Shown here: in pieces, positions 1 through 8,919 of the stretch
How positions within the stretch are numbered: position 1 is the stretch's first letter
How the letters are laid out: each line of letters begins with the position of its first letter
From: a virus
Direction: 5' to 3' (one strand)
IMG/VR virus record: IMGVR_UViG_3300025168_000036
DNA: 64,000 bases
The notes under the pieces: model-generated
Database searches by the model: none
What the model saw: only the letters and a program-made list of their open reading frames with translations
What the model was told of the DNA's origin: nothing
Translations under genes and position numbers: made by a program

Positions 1-834
1 CGTAGACACTTCCGGACTAATTGTTTCAACACCTTGATGCCCTACGATGCTTTCACCTATCTGAACTGCCATATGAGATATTACATCTTCAGACTCAGCT
101 GCTATTTTCTTCTGTAATATATCAGGTATTAAAAACCCAGACAATGTTAAAGAAAAGTTTGATGTTATAACTCTATCAGCTCCAGACTCAACTTCAGTTA
201 CATTATCAAATGAGTCAATCTTACTTTTAAAGTTATATCTTTCTTTTTGACCCCAGTATGCACCTTCTGCGTAGTTAACAGCTTCTATTATTGAATTCAT
301 TTGTTCTATAAACTCAGTGGTCACAATAAAGTCATAGCTTAAATCTACATAATCAGGCACAACAACTCTTTTATATGTCTTCTTTTTTGTAAACCCATTT
401 AGCTTATGAAAGTTGTCATATTTATTTGCCATATTAAAGTTATTTTCAAAACCTTGATATAGCTTAGGTGAGTTTGCATCTATTTTATTCGCAAGGCCTC
501 TTTGCTTTTCTATGCCTGTTCTTTTAAACATAATTAAAGGTAATTGTAATTTACCCTTATTATCTCTATATACCCTACTTTTTTGTATACTAGACCATCT
601 CTCTGGATTCCCATACATTATAGGTACTTGCACCCTTTGGCCCGTACTGTCTGTAATTTCTGGCATTATTGCGTTCTCAAAATAGTCAACAATAACACTA
701 TCTATGTCAATTAAGCCTAGCTTAATATCTAGCTTTCTAGCTACCTTTCCAGCTCTTACCTCTCCACCTCTGTGGCTTAATTCTGGTGCAGACTTTTTGT
801 CTCTTTGATTTTTATTTAATTCAGATATTGCCAT
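1..834 (-). CDS. Tail terminator / sheath stabiliser (T4 gp15-like), truncated by the window edge
   Basis: Not in ORF track. Manual read from ATG at 834: MAISELNKNQ...LIDIDSVIVDYF...VQVPIMYGNPERWSSIQK...KLQLPLIMFKR. VP.MYG..E.W and LP motifs; follows neck genes. Confidence 0.65.
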   Translation of the reverse strand, partial: MAISELNKNQRDKKSAPELSHRGGEVRAGKVARKLDIKLGLIDIDSVIVDYFENAIMPEITDSTGQRVQVPIMYGNPERWSSIQKSRVYRDNKGKLQLPLIMFKRTGIEKQRGLANKIDANSPKLYQGFENNFNMANKYDNFHKLNGFTKKKTYKRVVVPDYVDLSYDFIVTTEFIEQMNSIIEAVNYAEGAYWGQKERYNFKSKIDSFDNVTEVESGADRVITSNFSLTLSGFLIPDILQKKIAAESEDVISHMAVQIGESIVGHQGVETISPEVST

Positions 835-835
835 A

Positions 836-1351
836 TTATATATTGTCAGGTATTATTCCTGCATTTCCTATACTAGTGTTTTCTATAGATAAACTACTTC
901 TTCTTGCCATGTGTGTTTTACACAATATTGATATACTTGCACCAAATTCATCACCTAATGTTGTTGTGTCAGGATTGTGTGCCATGTGATATTGCTCATC
1001 ATTAACTGAATCTACCTCCCAATAAGATGCATCCCACTTAAATATATCTCCAACCTGTATTACCAAGTTTGTATCTTTTATTGTTTCTCTTACAAATGAA
1101 AAATTACATATTTGGCTTACATCTTCACCCATTCCGTTATCTGCCCACTCCTTGCCTTCAGGTGAAATTATACAACCTACCCTCACAGCAGTTTTATAGA
1201 TCTTTCTAACAGCCTCACCATATACATTCTCTTTTGTAAGTGTGTTTGATATCTTATAAATATCAATTTCTGTTCCTAAAATTCTATCTACTAATTCGTC
1301 ACTTAGCTTTCTAAATAACTGTGTATCTCTATTACCTGAAAATAATGCCAT
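836..1351 (-). CDS. Neck / head-closure protein (gp14-like)
   Basis: ENVYGEA..K.Y and VGDIF.W motifs; directly downstream of the gp13-like gene. Confidence 0.65.
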   Translation of the reverse strand: MALFSGNRDTQLFRKLSDELVDRILGTEIDIYKISNTLTKENVYGEAVRKIYKTAVRVGCIISPEGKEWADNGMGEDVSQICNFSFVRETIKDTNLVIQVGDIFKWDASYWEVDSVNDEQYHMAHNPDTTTLGDEFGASISILCKTHMARRSSLSIENTSIGNAGIIPDNI

Positions 1352-1353
1352 AA

Positions 1354-2514
1354 TTATCCTATATAGATTGTTAGTGGTACTTTATTAATTGTTTCTTGAT
1401 GAAAGTTTGCCTCATCATTTTGTCTTTCCATAGCATTCCTTCTAGAAGAAGCCTCTAAGTCTTCTCTTAGTTCTGATACTAGTGTCTCTTTCTCTGCCAA
1501 ACCTTCACTTCTTAAAGTGTCTCCATCCAAGCTTAGTGCCTCTCCTGGTGAAGGTATACTTCCATACTTACTTCTTACTATACCTAATAGCTCTTTTGCA
1601 AGTGCCAGTGTGTATTTTCTTATCCATTGCTTTCCTGGATTATTTATGTATTCATATTCTATATGATTATATGTTATGTTTGAAAAGTCTGATATTTTAT
1701 CAGTTGCTCCTGAAGTATTATTTCTATCTCCTGTTAAGATATACTGGAAGTGTATTTTAAAGCTTCCAGAAGGAATTGGAAATATACGCATTCTATTATT
1801 TTGTATCTCAAATCCATAAGCAGACTTTCTAACATGGTCATTAAATTCAATTGCCTGAACTCTCATTAGATCATCATACATTGGCATCATCATATGATTA
1901 ATTGCAGGGCTAAATCCACTCCACCCAAATTCATTCATTTGTTGAGATGTTGCAGTAGCGGTTCCTACATAAGGGTCAAAGAATCTTGTCATTGCAGGTG
2001 AAGCTTGGTGAAATACTTTCTTTATTTCAATTTCATCTGTTCCTGGTGTCCCCGATTCAAATGTTGTTGAGCCAGTACTTGTTAAATCATATGTTTGTAT
2101 TTGATTCTGTGTTGTTATAGAACCTGAATACCATGTTACGTTTCCACCTACACCAGCCTCAGAGCCATATTCATTACTTAGCGTAATTAGTCTGTTTAAT
2201 CCTGTGCCATCAATTGTTTTACCTGATAGATTTGAGGATGTTGGTTGACCTTGTGCTCCAAGTAGATTTTCTCTTATATTAAACCTGTTAACTTGTGCAT
2301 TGTATTCTGTTACTGCCTCCTCAAAACATGCAAAAAATGAGCCTGATTGCAATTCAATATTAACTATAGGATATCCCATTCTTTTAGCACACCACTTAGC
2401 TGTACTAATTGCAGACTGTGTGTATGTGTCATCATGATCATAAAGACCAAATGGTGTATCATCTGTTCCCGACCAAGTAGCTGTTCCGTCCCATATTTTT
2501 ACTTCTGTTGCCAT
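1354..2514 (-). CDS. Neck / head-tail adaptor protein (gp13-like)
   Basis: KRMGYPIVNIEL, WIRKYTLALAKELLG.VRSKY and LDGDTL motifs; follows major capsid. Confidence 0.8.
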   Translation of the reverse strand: MATEVKIWDGTATWSGTDDTPFGLYDHDDTYTQSAISTAKWCAKRMGYPIVNIELQSGSFFACFEEAVTEYNAQVNRFNIRENLLGAQGQPTSSNLSGKTIDGTGLNRLITLSNEYGSEAGVGGNVTWYSGSITTQNQIQTYDLTSTGSTTFESGTPGTDEIEIKKVFHQASPAMTRFFDPYVGTATATSQQMNEFGWSGFSPAINHMMMPMYDDLMRVQAIEFNDHVRKSAYGFEIQNNRMRIFPIPSGSFKIHFQYILTGDRNNTSGATDKISDFSNITYNHIEYEYINNPGKQWIRKYTLALAKELLGIVRSKYGSIPSPGEALSLDGDTLRSEGLAEKETLVSELREDLEASSRRNAMERQNDEANFHQETINKVPLTIYIG

Positions 2515-2530
2515 AGATTTCCCCTTTTAT

Positions 2531-2567
2531 ATAAATATAAACTCAATATTGTACAATAATAAATATC
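2531..2567 (-). promoter_or_regulatory. Two copies of putative late promoter motif (sense (G)ATATTTAT)
   Basis: + strand ATAAATAT at 2531 and ATAAATATC at 2559, upstream of the neck gene; same motif precedes many structural genes. Confidence 0.6.
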
Positions 2568-2583
2568 AGCTAAAAGTTAAAAC

Positions 2584-2616
2584 AAAAAAAAAGAGCCCCA
2601 AATTAATGGGGCCCTT
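2584..2616 (-). terminator. Rho-independent terminator after the major capsid gene
   Basis: Sense GGGCCCCA-TTAATT-TGGGGCTC followed by a long T-tract. Confidence 0.85.
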
Positions 2617-2641
2617 CTTAAGAATAATTAAAAACTATTTA

Positions 2642-4279
2642 TTAAATAGTGTTTAATCCAGATACATTAATCTTACCGTAGAATTCTGGTCTTACAACTT
2701 TCTTAGCATACCTAGTCATTACACCTTTTCTTGGAGTAAAGTTAGTTGGATCGTATACTAGTGGAGTCATAATTAATGGAATATAAGGAGCATAAACTGC
2801 ACCAGTTTCCAAGAATTGAGTACCACGGAATCCCATAATAATCTCATTTGATTGCATGTAAGGGTTTTTGTAAACTGTAAATCTGTTAGCTAAGCTACCG
2901 ATTTTAGTTACGCCCATTGCAAATGATTGTTGAGCACCATCTGTATCAACACCGAATCCAGAAATAGATTCTAACACAGTAGAAACCTCAGGTCCACATA
3001 CTAAGAAGTTAGCACCACCACGCATTGTTTTTGCATGAATTTTGTTACTTACTTTTTGTACTTTTGTACCTAATGTTGCAAACCATGAAGTTTGTTGATA
3101 AGCATATTGTGAACCAACAGCAGAAAATGCAGTTCCAGCAGCATTTAATGCCTGTCCGTCTGCATGCCATGAATCAGTTGTGTTTGCATTTGCAGATAAC
3201 ATACCTAAGATTTCTAAATCTATTTCCATAGAAATATATTCAGATAACATAGATGTTAATTCAGCCTCAGCATCAATTGAGTGATAAGCATTTAAGTCTT
3301 GAGCAAATTCTGGAGTCCAGATTACTTTTAACTTTCTTGTCTTAGCTACAATTGCCTCAGATCTTAATTCAACATTTACTTCAGGAATATTCAAGTCTGT
3401 TGCAGTTCCAGCAGCATAAGATGTAGGATCTTTATCCTCAAAATCACCTCTTGACTGGTCATTAGCATTCTTGATTACAAATGAAGTCTTGATTTGACCT
3501 AATCCAAAAGTATCAGCCCATGTTGGTAGTTCAGCAGCAGTTTCACCGATGAAAGTTACAACACCTGCAGCAGTAGCAGTAGTAAACTGTGGATATACTT
3601 TAAAGTCAGATGCAGAAACTTGGAAAGCTTGTGCAGCCTGTTCATCAAGATTAGTGTTTTCAGTTGTAATTACAACCTTCTTTAATCTCTTAGCAGTAAC
3701 TAAAGTTTCTAAACTAGAATCAAAGTTAACATCAGCTAAAGAAGCAGTAGATGCTGCAGTTAAAGCGTCAGCTACACCTGTAGATGCAGATCTGTTAGTT
3801 GAATATCCGAACTTTCCAGAACCATAAAGGCCTCCAGAAGGATCAACATTTTTGGTATCTGTAGTACCCATTATTTTATCACCAGTAGCTACTGTGTGAG
3901 TGTTAGCGGCAGTTCCGCCTACGCCTGAATCAGACCCATATTTGAAGTCTAGGAAAAATACTAGACCTGATGGTAGATTCATTGGTTGTACGCTTACAAA
4001 ATCTTTTGCAGCAATTTCACCGAAAATTCTTCTTACTAGTGGAAGTGCAACTCCTGACCATTCTTCTTTACTACCACCTGTACCGGTAGCATTAGCTTCT
4101 TGGATCAATTGTCTTGCTTGATTTTCTAAAAGAATAGCAGTATTATGTTTTTCATACTCTGCATCGATTCCTTCTAAAAGACCAGTTTTTTCCCACTTAT
4201 TTACATAAGCTTTAGTTTCAGCAATTTGTTGCCTATAAGTATTTTGAGCGTCGTTAAGTAAATTACTTACGTTTGACAT
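2642..4279 (-). CDS. gp23: Major capsid protein (T4 gp23 family)
   Basis: VSVQPMNLPSGLVFFLD, AKTRKLK..WTPEFAQDLNAYH, YAPYIPL, PRKGVMTRYA; strong SD AGGAG. Confidence 0.97.
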   Translation of the reverse strand: MSNVSNLLNDAQNTYRQQIAETKAYVNKWEKTGLLEGIDAEYEKHNTAILLENQARQLIQEANATGTGGSKEEWSGVALPLVRRIFGEIAAKDFVSVQPMNLPSGLVFFLDFKYGSDSGVGGTAANTHTVATGDKIMGTTDTKNVDPSGGLYGSGKFGYSTNRSASTGVADALTAASTASLADVNFDSSLETLVTAKRLKKVVITTENTNLDEQAAQAFQVSASDFKVYPQFTTATAAGVVTFIGETAAELPTWADTFGLGQIKTSFVIKNANDQSRGDFEDKDPTSYAAGTATDLNIPEVNVELRSEAIVAKTRKLKVIWTPEFAQDLNAYHSIDAEAELTSMLSEYISMEIDLEILGMLSANANTTDSWHADGQALNAAGTAFSAVGSQYAYQQTSWFATLGTKVQKVSNKIHAKTMRGGANFLVCGPEVSTVLESISGFGVDTDGAQQSFAMGVTKIGSLANRFTVYKNPYMQSNEIIMGFRGTQFLETGAVYAPYIPLIMTPLVYDPTNFTPRKGVMTRYAKKVVRPEFYGKINVSGLNTI

Positions 4280-4296
4280 TTTTGTCTCCTAATTTT

Positions 4297-5256
4297 TTAT
4301 AGTAAACCTGCCAACTTCTTCATTCTAGATGAAAAGTTGTTAGATTCAACAATTACGTTTTTATTTGGTTTAGTCGAATTAACGGCTTTTGAAGCAAAAC
4401 CTTCAGTTACTGATCTCTTCTTAGTTGGTTTGTATCCAGTTAAAGATTCTGCTAAAGTAGTGTATACTAATTTAACTTCTCTTACTGAACCTGCCCTATC
4501 GAAAGTTTCAATAATTTTCATTTTTTGTGATTCATTTAGACCGTTACTTCTAAATAGTTTGTTTGAGAATAAAAGTTTTGCATTCAACAAATTAACTTCA
4601 TTGATCTTATCTTTTAGGAACTTAATAGTTTTGTAAGCTTCTTTAAGATCTTCATCTTTTTCAGTTTCATTTGTAGGCTCATCTTCGTCCTCATCTTCTT
4701 CTTGAAGTGCTTTAATTACCTCGTCTAAATCTATCTCTGTATCATCAGATGGTTCATCATCTTCAGTTTCGTCCATTGGTTTTTCATCAGAATCTTCAGT
4801 TTCAGTCACAGGTTCTTCATCATCACTGTGGTCTTCATCTTCAGTTTCCATTTCTTCACCATCGTCTTCTAATTCTTTAATGATTGATTCAAGTTCTAAG
4901 TCGTCTTCATCTTCAGTTTCATACATGTCATCATCTTCAGTTTCATGTATTTCTTCATCAGTGTCTTCACCACCTTCTGATTCATCTTCACCTACTTCGT
5001 TGTATGCTTCTTCAGTTTCATCAGCCTGACCTAAGTCGGTTGAGTCATCTGCGTCCATTTCAACAGTAGCTTCTGGAGTATCAGCTAGTTCTTCTTCATC
5101 ATCAAAATCTTCAGATTCTTCAGCGATCTTTTGAGATAACATAGATTGTAGTCTAGGGGTAAAAGCCTCTTCTAAAGCTAGTTTAGCATTCGCAATTGCA
5201 GTTTCTCTAACTGCTTTCGCATCAGCTATAGCTTCTTTTAACAAGTTTTTTGACAT
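4297..5256 (-). CDS. Prohead scaffolding/core protein (gp22-like)
   Basis: Directly upstream of MCP; very acidic centre with repeated xETED units; C-terminal RMKKLAGL. Confidence 0.8.
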   Translation of the reverse strand: MSKNLLKEAIADAKAVRETAIANAKLALEEAFTPRLQSMLSQKIAEESEDFDDEEELADTPEATVEMDADDSTDLGQADETEEAYNEVGEDESEGGEDTDEEIHETEDDDMYETEDEDDLELESIIKELEDDGEEMETEDEDHSDDEEPVTETEDSDEKPMDETEDDEPSDDTEIDLDEVIKALQEEDEDEDEPTNETEKDEDLKEAYKTIKFLKDKINEVNLLNAKLLFSNKLFRSNGLNESQKMKIIETFDRAGSVREVKLVYTTLAESLTGYKPTKKRSVTEGFASKAVNSTKPNKNVIVESNNFSSRMKKLAGLL

Positions 5257-5390
5257 TTTGTGTCTCCTCTTAATTTATGTTTAGGAAGTATAGCTATTAG
5301 GAGCTATAATAGAATTTATTTTAATACGTTTGCAATGTATCTAGTTATCACATGCGTTTTTACGTATAATTGTTAATCGAATATAAATAT
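5257..5390 (-). promoter_or_regulatory. Putative late promoter plus structured 5' leader of the scaffold-capsid operon
   Basis: ATATTTAT motif at 5383-5390; hairpin TATAGCT-CCTAAT-AGCTATA (5289-5308); ATACGT...ACGTAT inverted pair; SD GAGGAG. Confidence 0.5.
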
Positions 5391-5428
5391 ATATAGATAT
5401 ATAAAAAGTATCGTTTTTCTAAAACTTT

Positions 5429-5647
5429 TTAACTAAATGGGTTTAATTTATTCCAGTGACGCTGTGGGATTCCACAATATATACACATTAAACCTAAGCT
5501 AAAAGATACAAAACAGAAGCCCATTTCGTTAAGTGGGTCTGCAAACGATATATAGTTTAGTATTGTACCAGTAGCTGTAATATATGCTACGTATAATGAG
5601 ATTAAACCTCCCATAAGGGTTAGTAAATTTTGAGTAGAACTTTTCAT
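5429..5647 (-). CDS. Small two-TM membrane protein
   Basis: 72 aa ORF with two hydrophobic stretches. Confidence 0.6.
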   Translation of the reverse strand: MKSSTQNLLTLMGGLISLYVAYITATGTILNYISFADPLNEMGFCFVSFSLGLMCIYCGIPQRHWNKLNPFS

Positions 5648-5650
5648 ATT

Positions 5651-5836
5651 TTATTTATTATTTATTAGTTTTGATTCTTGTTTTTCAACCACCTTACATG
5701 CGTAGTCAAATTCTTCTGGTGCAGTATGAATGTTTTCAGCATCATAAGCTTTGATTACAAATGTTGTTTTATTTTCAACAATTGATATTAGTGTTCCTGA
5801 TAGTTTGACGGTGTAATTTGGAAAGGTCTTTTTCAT
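5651..5836 (-). CDS. Hypothetical protein
   Basis: 61 aa ORF directly behind the dispersed ~80 bp promoter-like repeat. Confidence 0.6.
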   Translation of the reverse strand: MKKTFPNYTVKLSGTLISIVENKTTFVIKAYDAENIHTAPEEFDYACKVVEKQESKLINNK

Positions 5837-5863
5837 AAGTCTGTTTTTCGTTAGTATGTTAAT

Positions 5864-5946
5864 TAGTTATTTATATATAAATATAAACAAAAATACGCAA
5901 GAAAAAAAATTTCTCACGTATTATTTTTAGAAAGTTATTAACAATT
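5864..5946 (-). repeat. Dispersed ~80 bp promoter-like repeat, copy 1
   Basis: + strand ATAAATATAA...CGCAAGAAAAAAAATTTCTCACG...AAAGTTATTAACAA; recurs at 60941 and 61315. Confidence 0.85.
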
Positions 5947-5951
5947 AGTTG

Positions 5952-6296
5952 TTAAACAGCCTTACCATCTCTAATTACAGTCCATATATGGTTCTTATCA
6001 TGCCTCTTTTGTCTTGCAGTCTCTCTCTTTTGCATGGCTTTGGCATAGTCCATCTTTTTAACTCTTTTTGCAGAATTACCTTCAAAGTATCTCCTTTCCT
6101 TATACTCATCTAGCTTCCCTGAGTCCTTTATTTGTCTCTTAAATATTTTAAGGGCCTTTTCTAGGTCTCCTGGTGTTGAACCTGGAACCTTAACTCCTCC
6201 TGGTACTCCTGGTATAATAAAGTCTGAACGCTTCCTATAATTTTTAATTGGCCTTCCAGACCTATCTCTTGGTGTATGCTTTCTTTTATCTGACAT
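5952..6296 (-). CDS. rpsU: Phage-encoded ribosomal protein bS21 with N- and C-terminal extensions
   Basis: DLEKALKIFKRQIKDSGKLDEYKERRYFEGNSAKR matches the bS21 core (ALxxFKR...G...E...R.xF.KPS..R). Confidence 0.88.
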   Translation of the reverse strand: MSDKRKHTPRDRSGRPIKNYRKRSDFIIPGVPGGVKVPGSTPGDLEKALKIFKRQIKDSGKLDEYKERRYFEGNSAKRVKKMDYAKAMQKRETARQKRHDKNHIWTVIRDGKAV

Positions 6297-6322
6297 AAAT
6301 GTTTTTTTTGTATTAATTAATT

Positions 6323-6364
6323 GTATATAATATAAACAATTTCTGCTTAATAAAAAAATTTATT
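6323..6364 (-). promoter_or_regulatory. Putative non-late promoter of bS21 (TTATATTA class)
   Basis: 27 bp (6338-6364) identical to 58392-58418, followed in sense by TTATATTA. Confidence 0.55.
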
Positions 6365-6962
6365 TAATATTTTTTTTCATCCAAGAGTTTACGTATTGCA
6401 TTAGCTCTTTCTGGGCAGGTTTAATGTCACCTTTCTCTGTCATAGGACCATTTTTCCAGTCTAACCAACCATCTTTAATTAACATTAAGCCTTCATCAAG
6501 ATCTCTCATGATTTCAATGTATTCTTCTGTAATTGTAGTCTTCTGTGTGTTCCATTCAAGAATTTTATTTTCCTGCATTTGCTTTAATAAGTTAGCCTCA
6601 TCACCTTTACGCCATGTGTTTCCTAACTTACCACCACCACCAATTCTTAATTGGCCATACTTAGCATAAATAGTATATTTTCTTCCATCAACATTAATAA
6701 TTGCAGAATCAGAATACTTTTCTTTCATTGAACCTAATACATCTCTAACCTTATTCTTTTTAAGCCACTTCATAGCTATGTCATGGCCTTTTTTATCAAA
6801 GGTATAATTTAATGATGTTCCAACCTGGTCGCCTTTATCAAGCTTAACAGCTTCATCCTTTCTTTTAGGATTCAATACTGGATTCCATCTCATCTTTTTT
6901 AATTTTGAAGAAGGTAGCTCACCTAAGTATGCATGTTCTTTTAATATATCTTTAAGTTTCAT
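6360..6962 (-). CDS. Hypothetical protein, putative internal head protein
   Basis: 200 aa; N-terminus MKLKDILKE shared with several neighbours. Confidence 0.65.
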   Translation of the reverse strand: MKLKDILKEHAYLGELPSSKLKKMRWNPVLNPKRKDEAVKLDKGDQVGTSLNYTFDKKGHDIAMKWLKKNKVRDVLGSMKEKYSDSAIINVDGRKYTIYAKYGQLRIGGGGKLGNTWRKGDEANLLKQMQENKILEWNTQKTTITEEYIEIMRDLDEGLMLIKDGWLDWKNGPMTEKGDIKPAQKELMQYVNSWMKKNIK

Positions 6963-6964
6963 TA

Positions 6965-8131
6965 TTAAGCTCCTATTCTTGAGTATGTTAGCATATCATT
7001 AATTGCTTTAAGTGCTTTCTTTTTTGCTGAATCAAATTCTTTTCCATATCTTCCTGATCCACCAGCCTTTTTAGCATTGGATACCATTTTCATTATATTG
7101 TTAATTTCCTTTGTCTCCTTTGAAGTTTTCATCTTAGGAGCAGCTTCTTTGATATGCTTCTTAGCTACAGCTTGGAAGTTTCTAAGGTTTGCTCCATTAA
7201 GTCTATCTGCAAAGCCTCTAGAATGTAGTGCTTTTACTAGATCTGTAAAACTGCCCTTGGTTAGTTTTTTAGCATCTTTTTGTTTTTTCAGAAATTGTTC
7301 TATGTCCCAAGATAATACTGCAGGAATTGTTTTAAGACCTTTTTCTGCTGATGGAGCAGCTTCCTTAATGTGAGTTCTTTTCCAACCATCATATCTTACT
7401 TTTCCAAAGTTGTTTCTTCCAGTTGCAATACCTCTAAACCCTCCAACAGATTCATTAACAGACCCATCTTCCTCATCATCAATAGCATTTGCAATTGCAG
7501 CTCTTTTCTTAGCTAAATACTTATCTGATTCATCTTCATCACCATCATTATCTATATCTCCGTCTTCTTTTCCGACTGAGTCTAAAGCCTCTGATATTTC
7601 GTAGTATTTACCAAGCTTGTGGCCAATGTCTTCAAACACAGATTCCAATCTTTGCTGTAATGTATTCATTTCATTTGCAGTTTTTGTTAGCTGATCAACT
7701 GAACCACCAATCCCTTTTACATCATTCTTTACAGTAACTGAATCAAACCAACCATCTGTCTCTTGTAATGCTAATTGGCCAGCACTTGAAGCCATAAGTT
7801 TTATTGACTCAACCATCTCTTTTATCTCGTCTGTTCTGTATATCTTTGATGCAAACTCATTAAAGTTTTTTACTGCCTCAAGAACTTCTCTTTTTTGCCT
7901 TGGAGTAAGCTTTTGCTGTTCACTTTCCATAAGCGTTGAAAGTTTTATTCCCATTGTATTTTCTCCTATTTCAGTTTCTATTGTTTTTAGGTCTATATTT
8001 GGCTCTTCCTCATCTTTTACTGAGGGTTTAGCCTTCTTATTATAATTATCAAGCTCATCATCAAGAGTTTTAATCTGCTCAGGTGGCTTAGGTATCATAT
8101 CGTTATCTATAAGTTCTGATAGTCTAATCAT
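6965..8131 (-). CDS. Hypothetical modular head-associated protein
   Basis: Likely start 8131 (ATGA overlap with the protease stop); coiled coil, DGDIDNDGDED Ca-binding-like loop, duplicated HIKEAAP; SD-preceded internal ATG at 7954. Confidence 0.7.
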   Translation of the reverse strand: MIRLSELIDNDMIPKPPEQIKTLDDELDNYNKKAKPSVKDEEEPNIDLKTIETEIGENTMGIKLSTLMESEQQKLTPRQKREVLEAVKNFNEFASKIYRTDEIKEMVESIKLMASSAGQLALQETDGWFDSVTVKNDVKGIGGSVDQLTKTANEMNTLQQRLESVFEDIGHKLGKYYEISEALDSVGKEDGDIDNDGDEDESDKYLAKKRAAIANAIDDEEDGSVNESVGGFRGIATGRNNFGKVRYDGWKRTHIKEAAPSAEKGLKTIPAVLSWDIEQFLKKQKDAKKLTKGSFTDLVKALHSRGFADRLNGANLRNFQAVAKKHIKEAAPKMKTSKETKEINNIMKMVSNAKKAGGSGRYGKEFDSAKKKALKAINDMLTYSRIGA

Positions 8132-8793
8132 TTTCTTTTTCTCGGCAATGAACACTTACAAGTTAGTTCGCATAACATTTCTGATATTATGTTTTCTACT
8201 TTCTCATATTTGTTTGCTTTTTTAGCTACTGGAGAATATGACTCATTTACACCTGGTATTTTACTTGTTGGGTGCATAAATGCTCCGTGAGTTGATGGAT
8301 TAGAAACAAAGTCCCAACATACCAATTCAAAGTCATCTTGTACAATTAAAGTTTCCTCTCCTGTATCTTCACTTATTTCATTATTTACAGAACCTAAGCC
8401 TCTAGATGATATACCTAATTTAATATCGCACTTAAGTAGCTCTTTTAATATATTTCCAGATGGTGTACTTAGCACCTCAACCTTACCCATTAAATCATCA
8501 CCTTCCCACCATATCTTACTAATATTATGTGACACATTTTGAAGGTTTACTACTGAAGATTCTGGGTGATCTAATTCACCTAGAGCTCTTCTCTCTTTAA
8601 TTTGAGAAGCATTATATTTATTTGCCTCCCTCATTAGTACCTCCTTAGGGTAAATTCTTCCATTTTGATTTTTTGCTCCAGATCTTTGTAGCACACCTTG
8701 TACTATAATCTTTCCATTATTCTTTTGTTCAGACTCAGCTATTTGCTGTCTTGATATCTGGAATGGTATTGTGTCTATTAATATTTGTTTCAT
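8128..8793 (-). CDS. gp21: Prohead maturation protease (T4 gp21 family)
   Basis: KNQNGRIYP, ALGELDHP, VSH, GISSRGLGS, DFVSNPS; likely start 8793 (ATGA overlap). Confidence 0.95.
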   Translation of the reverse strand: MKQILIDTIPFQISRQQIAESEQKNNGKIIVQGVLQRSGAKNQNGRIYPKEVLMREANKYNASQIKERRALGELDHPESSVVNLQNVSHNISKIWWEGDDLMGKVEVLSTPSGNILKELLKCDIKLGISSRGLGSVNNEISEDTGEETLIVQDDFELVCWDFVSNPSTHGAFMHPTSKIPGVNESYSPVAKKANKYEKVENIISEMLCELTCKCSLPRKRK

Positions 8794-8918
8794 GCTTTTG
8801 TCCACGATTGTCTTTTTCTGTATAAGTCAAAAAATACTTTAGCAATCTCTTGCCTAATTATATCTCTTACTTGTTGTTCAGTAAGCTCTTCTTTAATTAT
8901 TTTTTTTGACCTTTTCAT
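8790..8918 (-). CDS. Small 42 aa protein (not in ORF track)
   Basis: MKRSKKIIKEELTEQQVRDIIRQEIAKVFFDLYRKRQSWTKA; fills the gap exactly and its stop overlaps the protease ATG. Confidence 0.7.
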   Translation of the reverse strand: MKRSKKIIKEELTEQQVRDIIRQEIAKVFFDLYRKRQSWTKA

Positions 8919-8919
8919 A

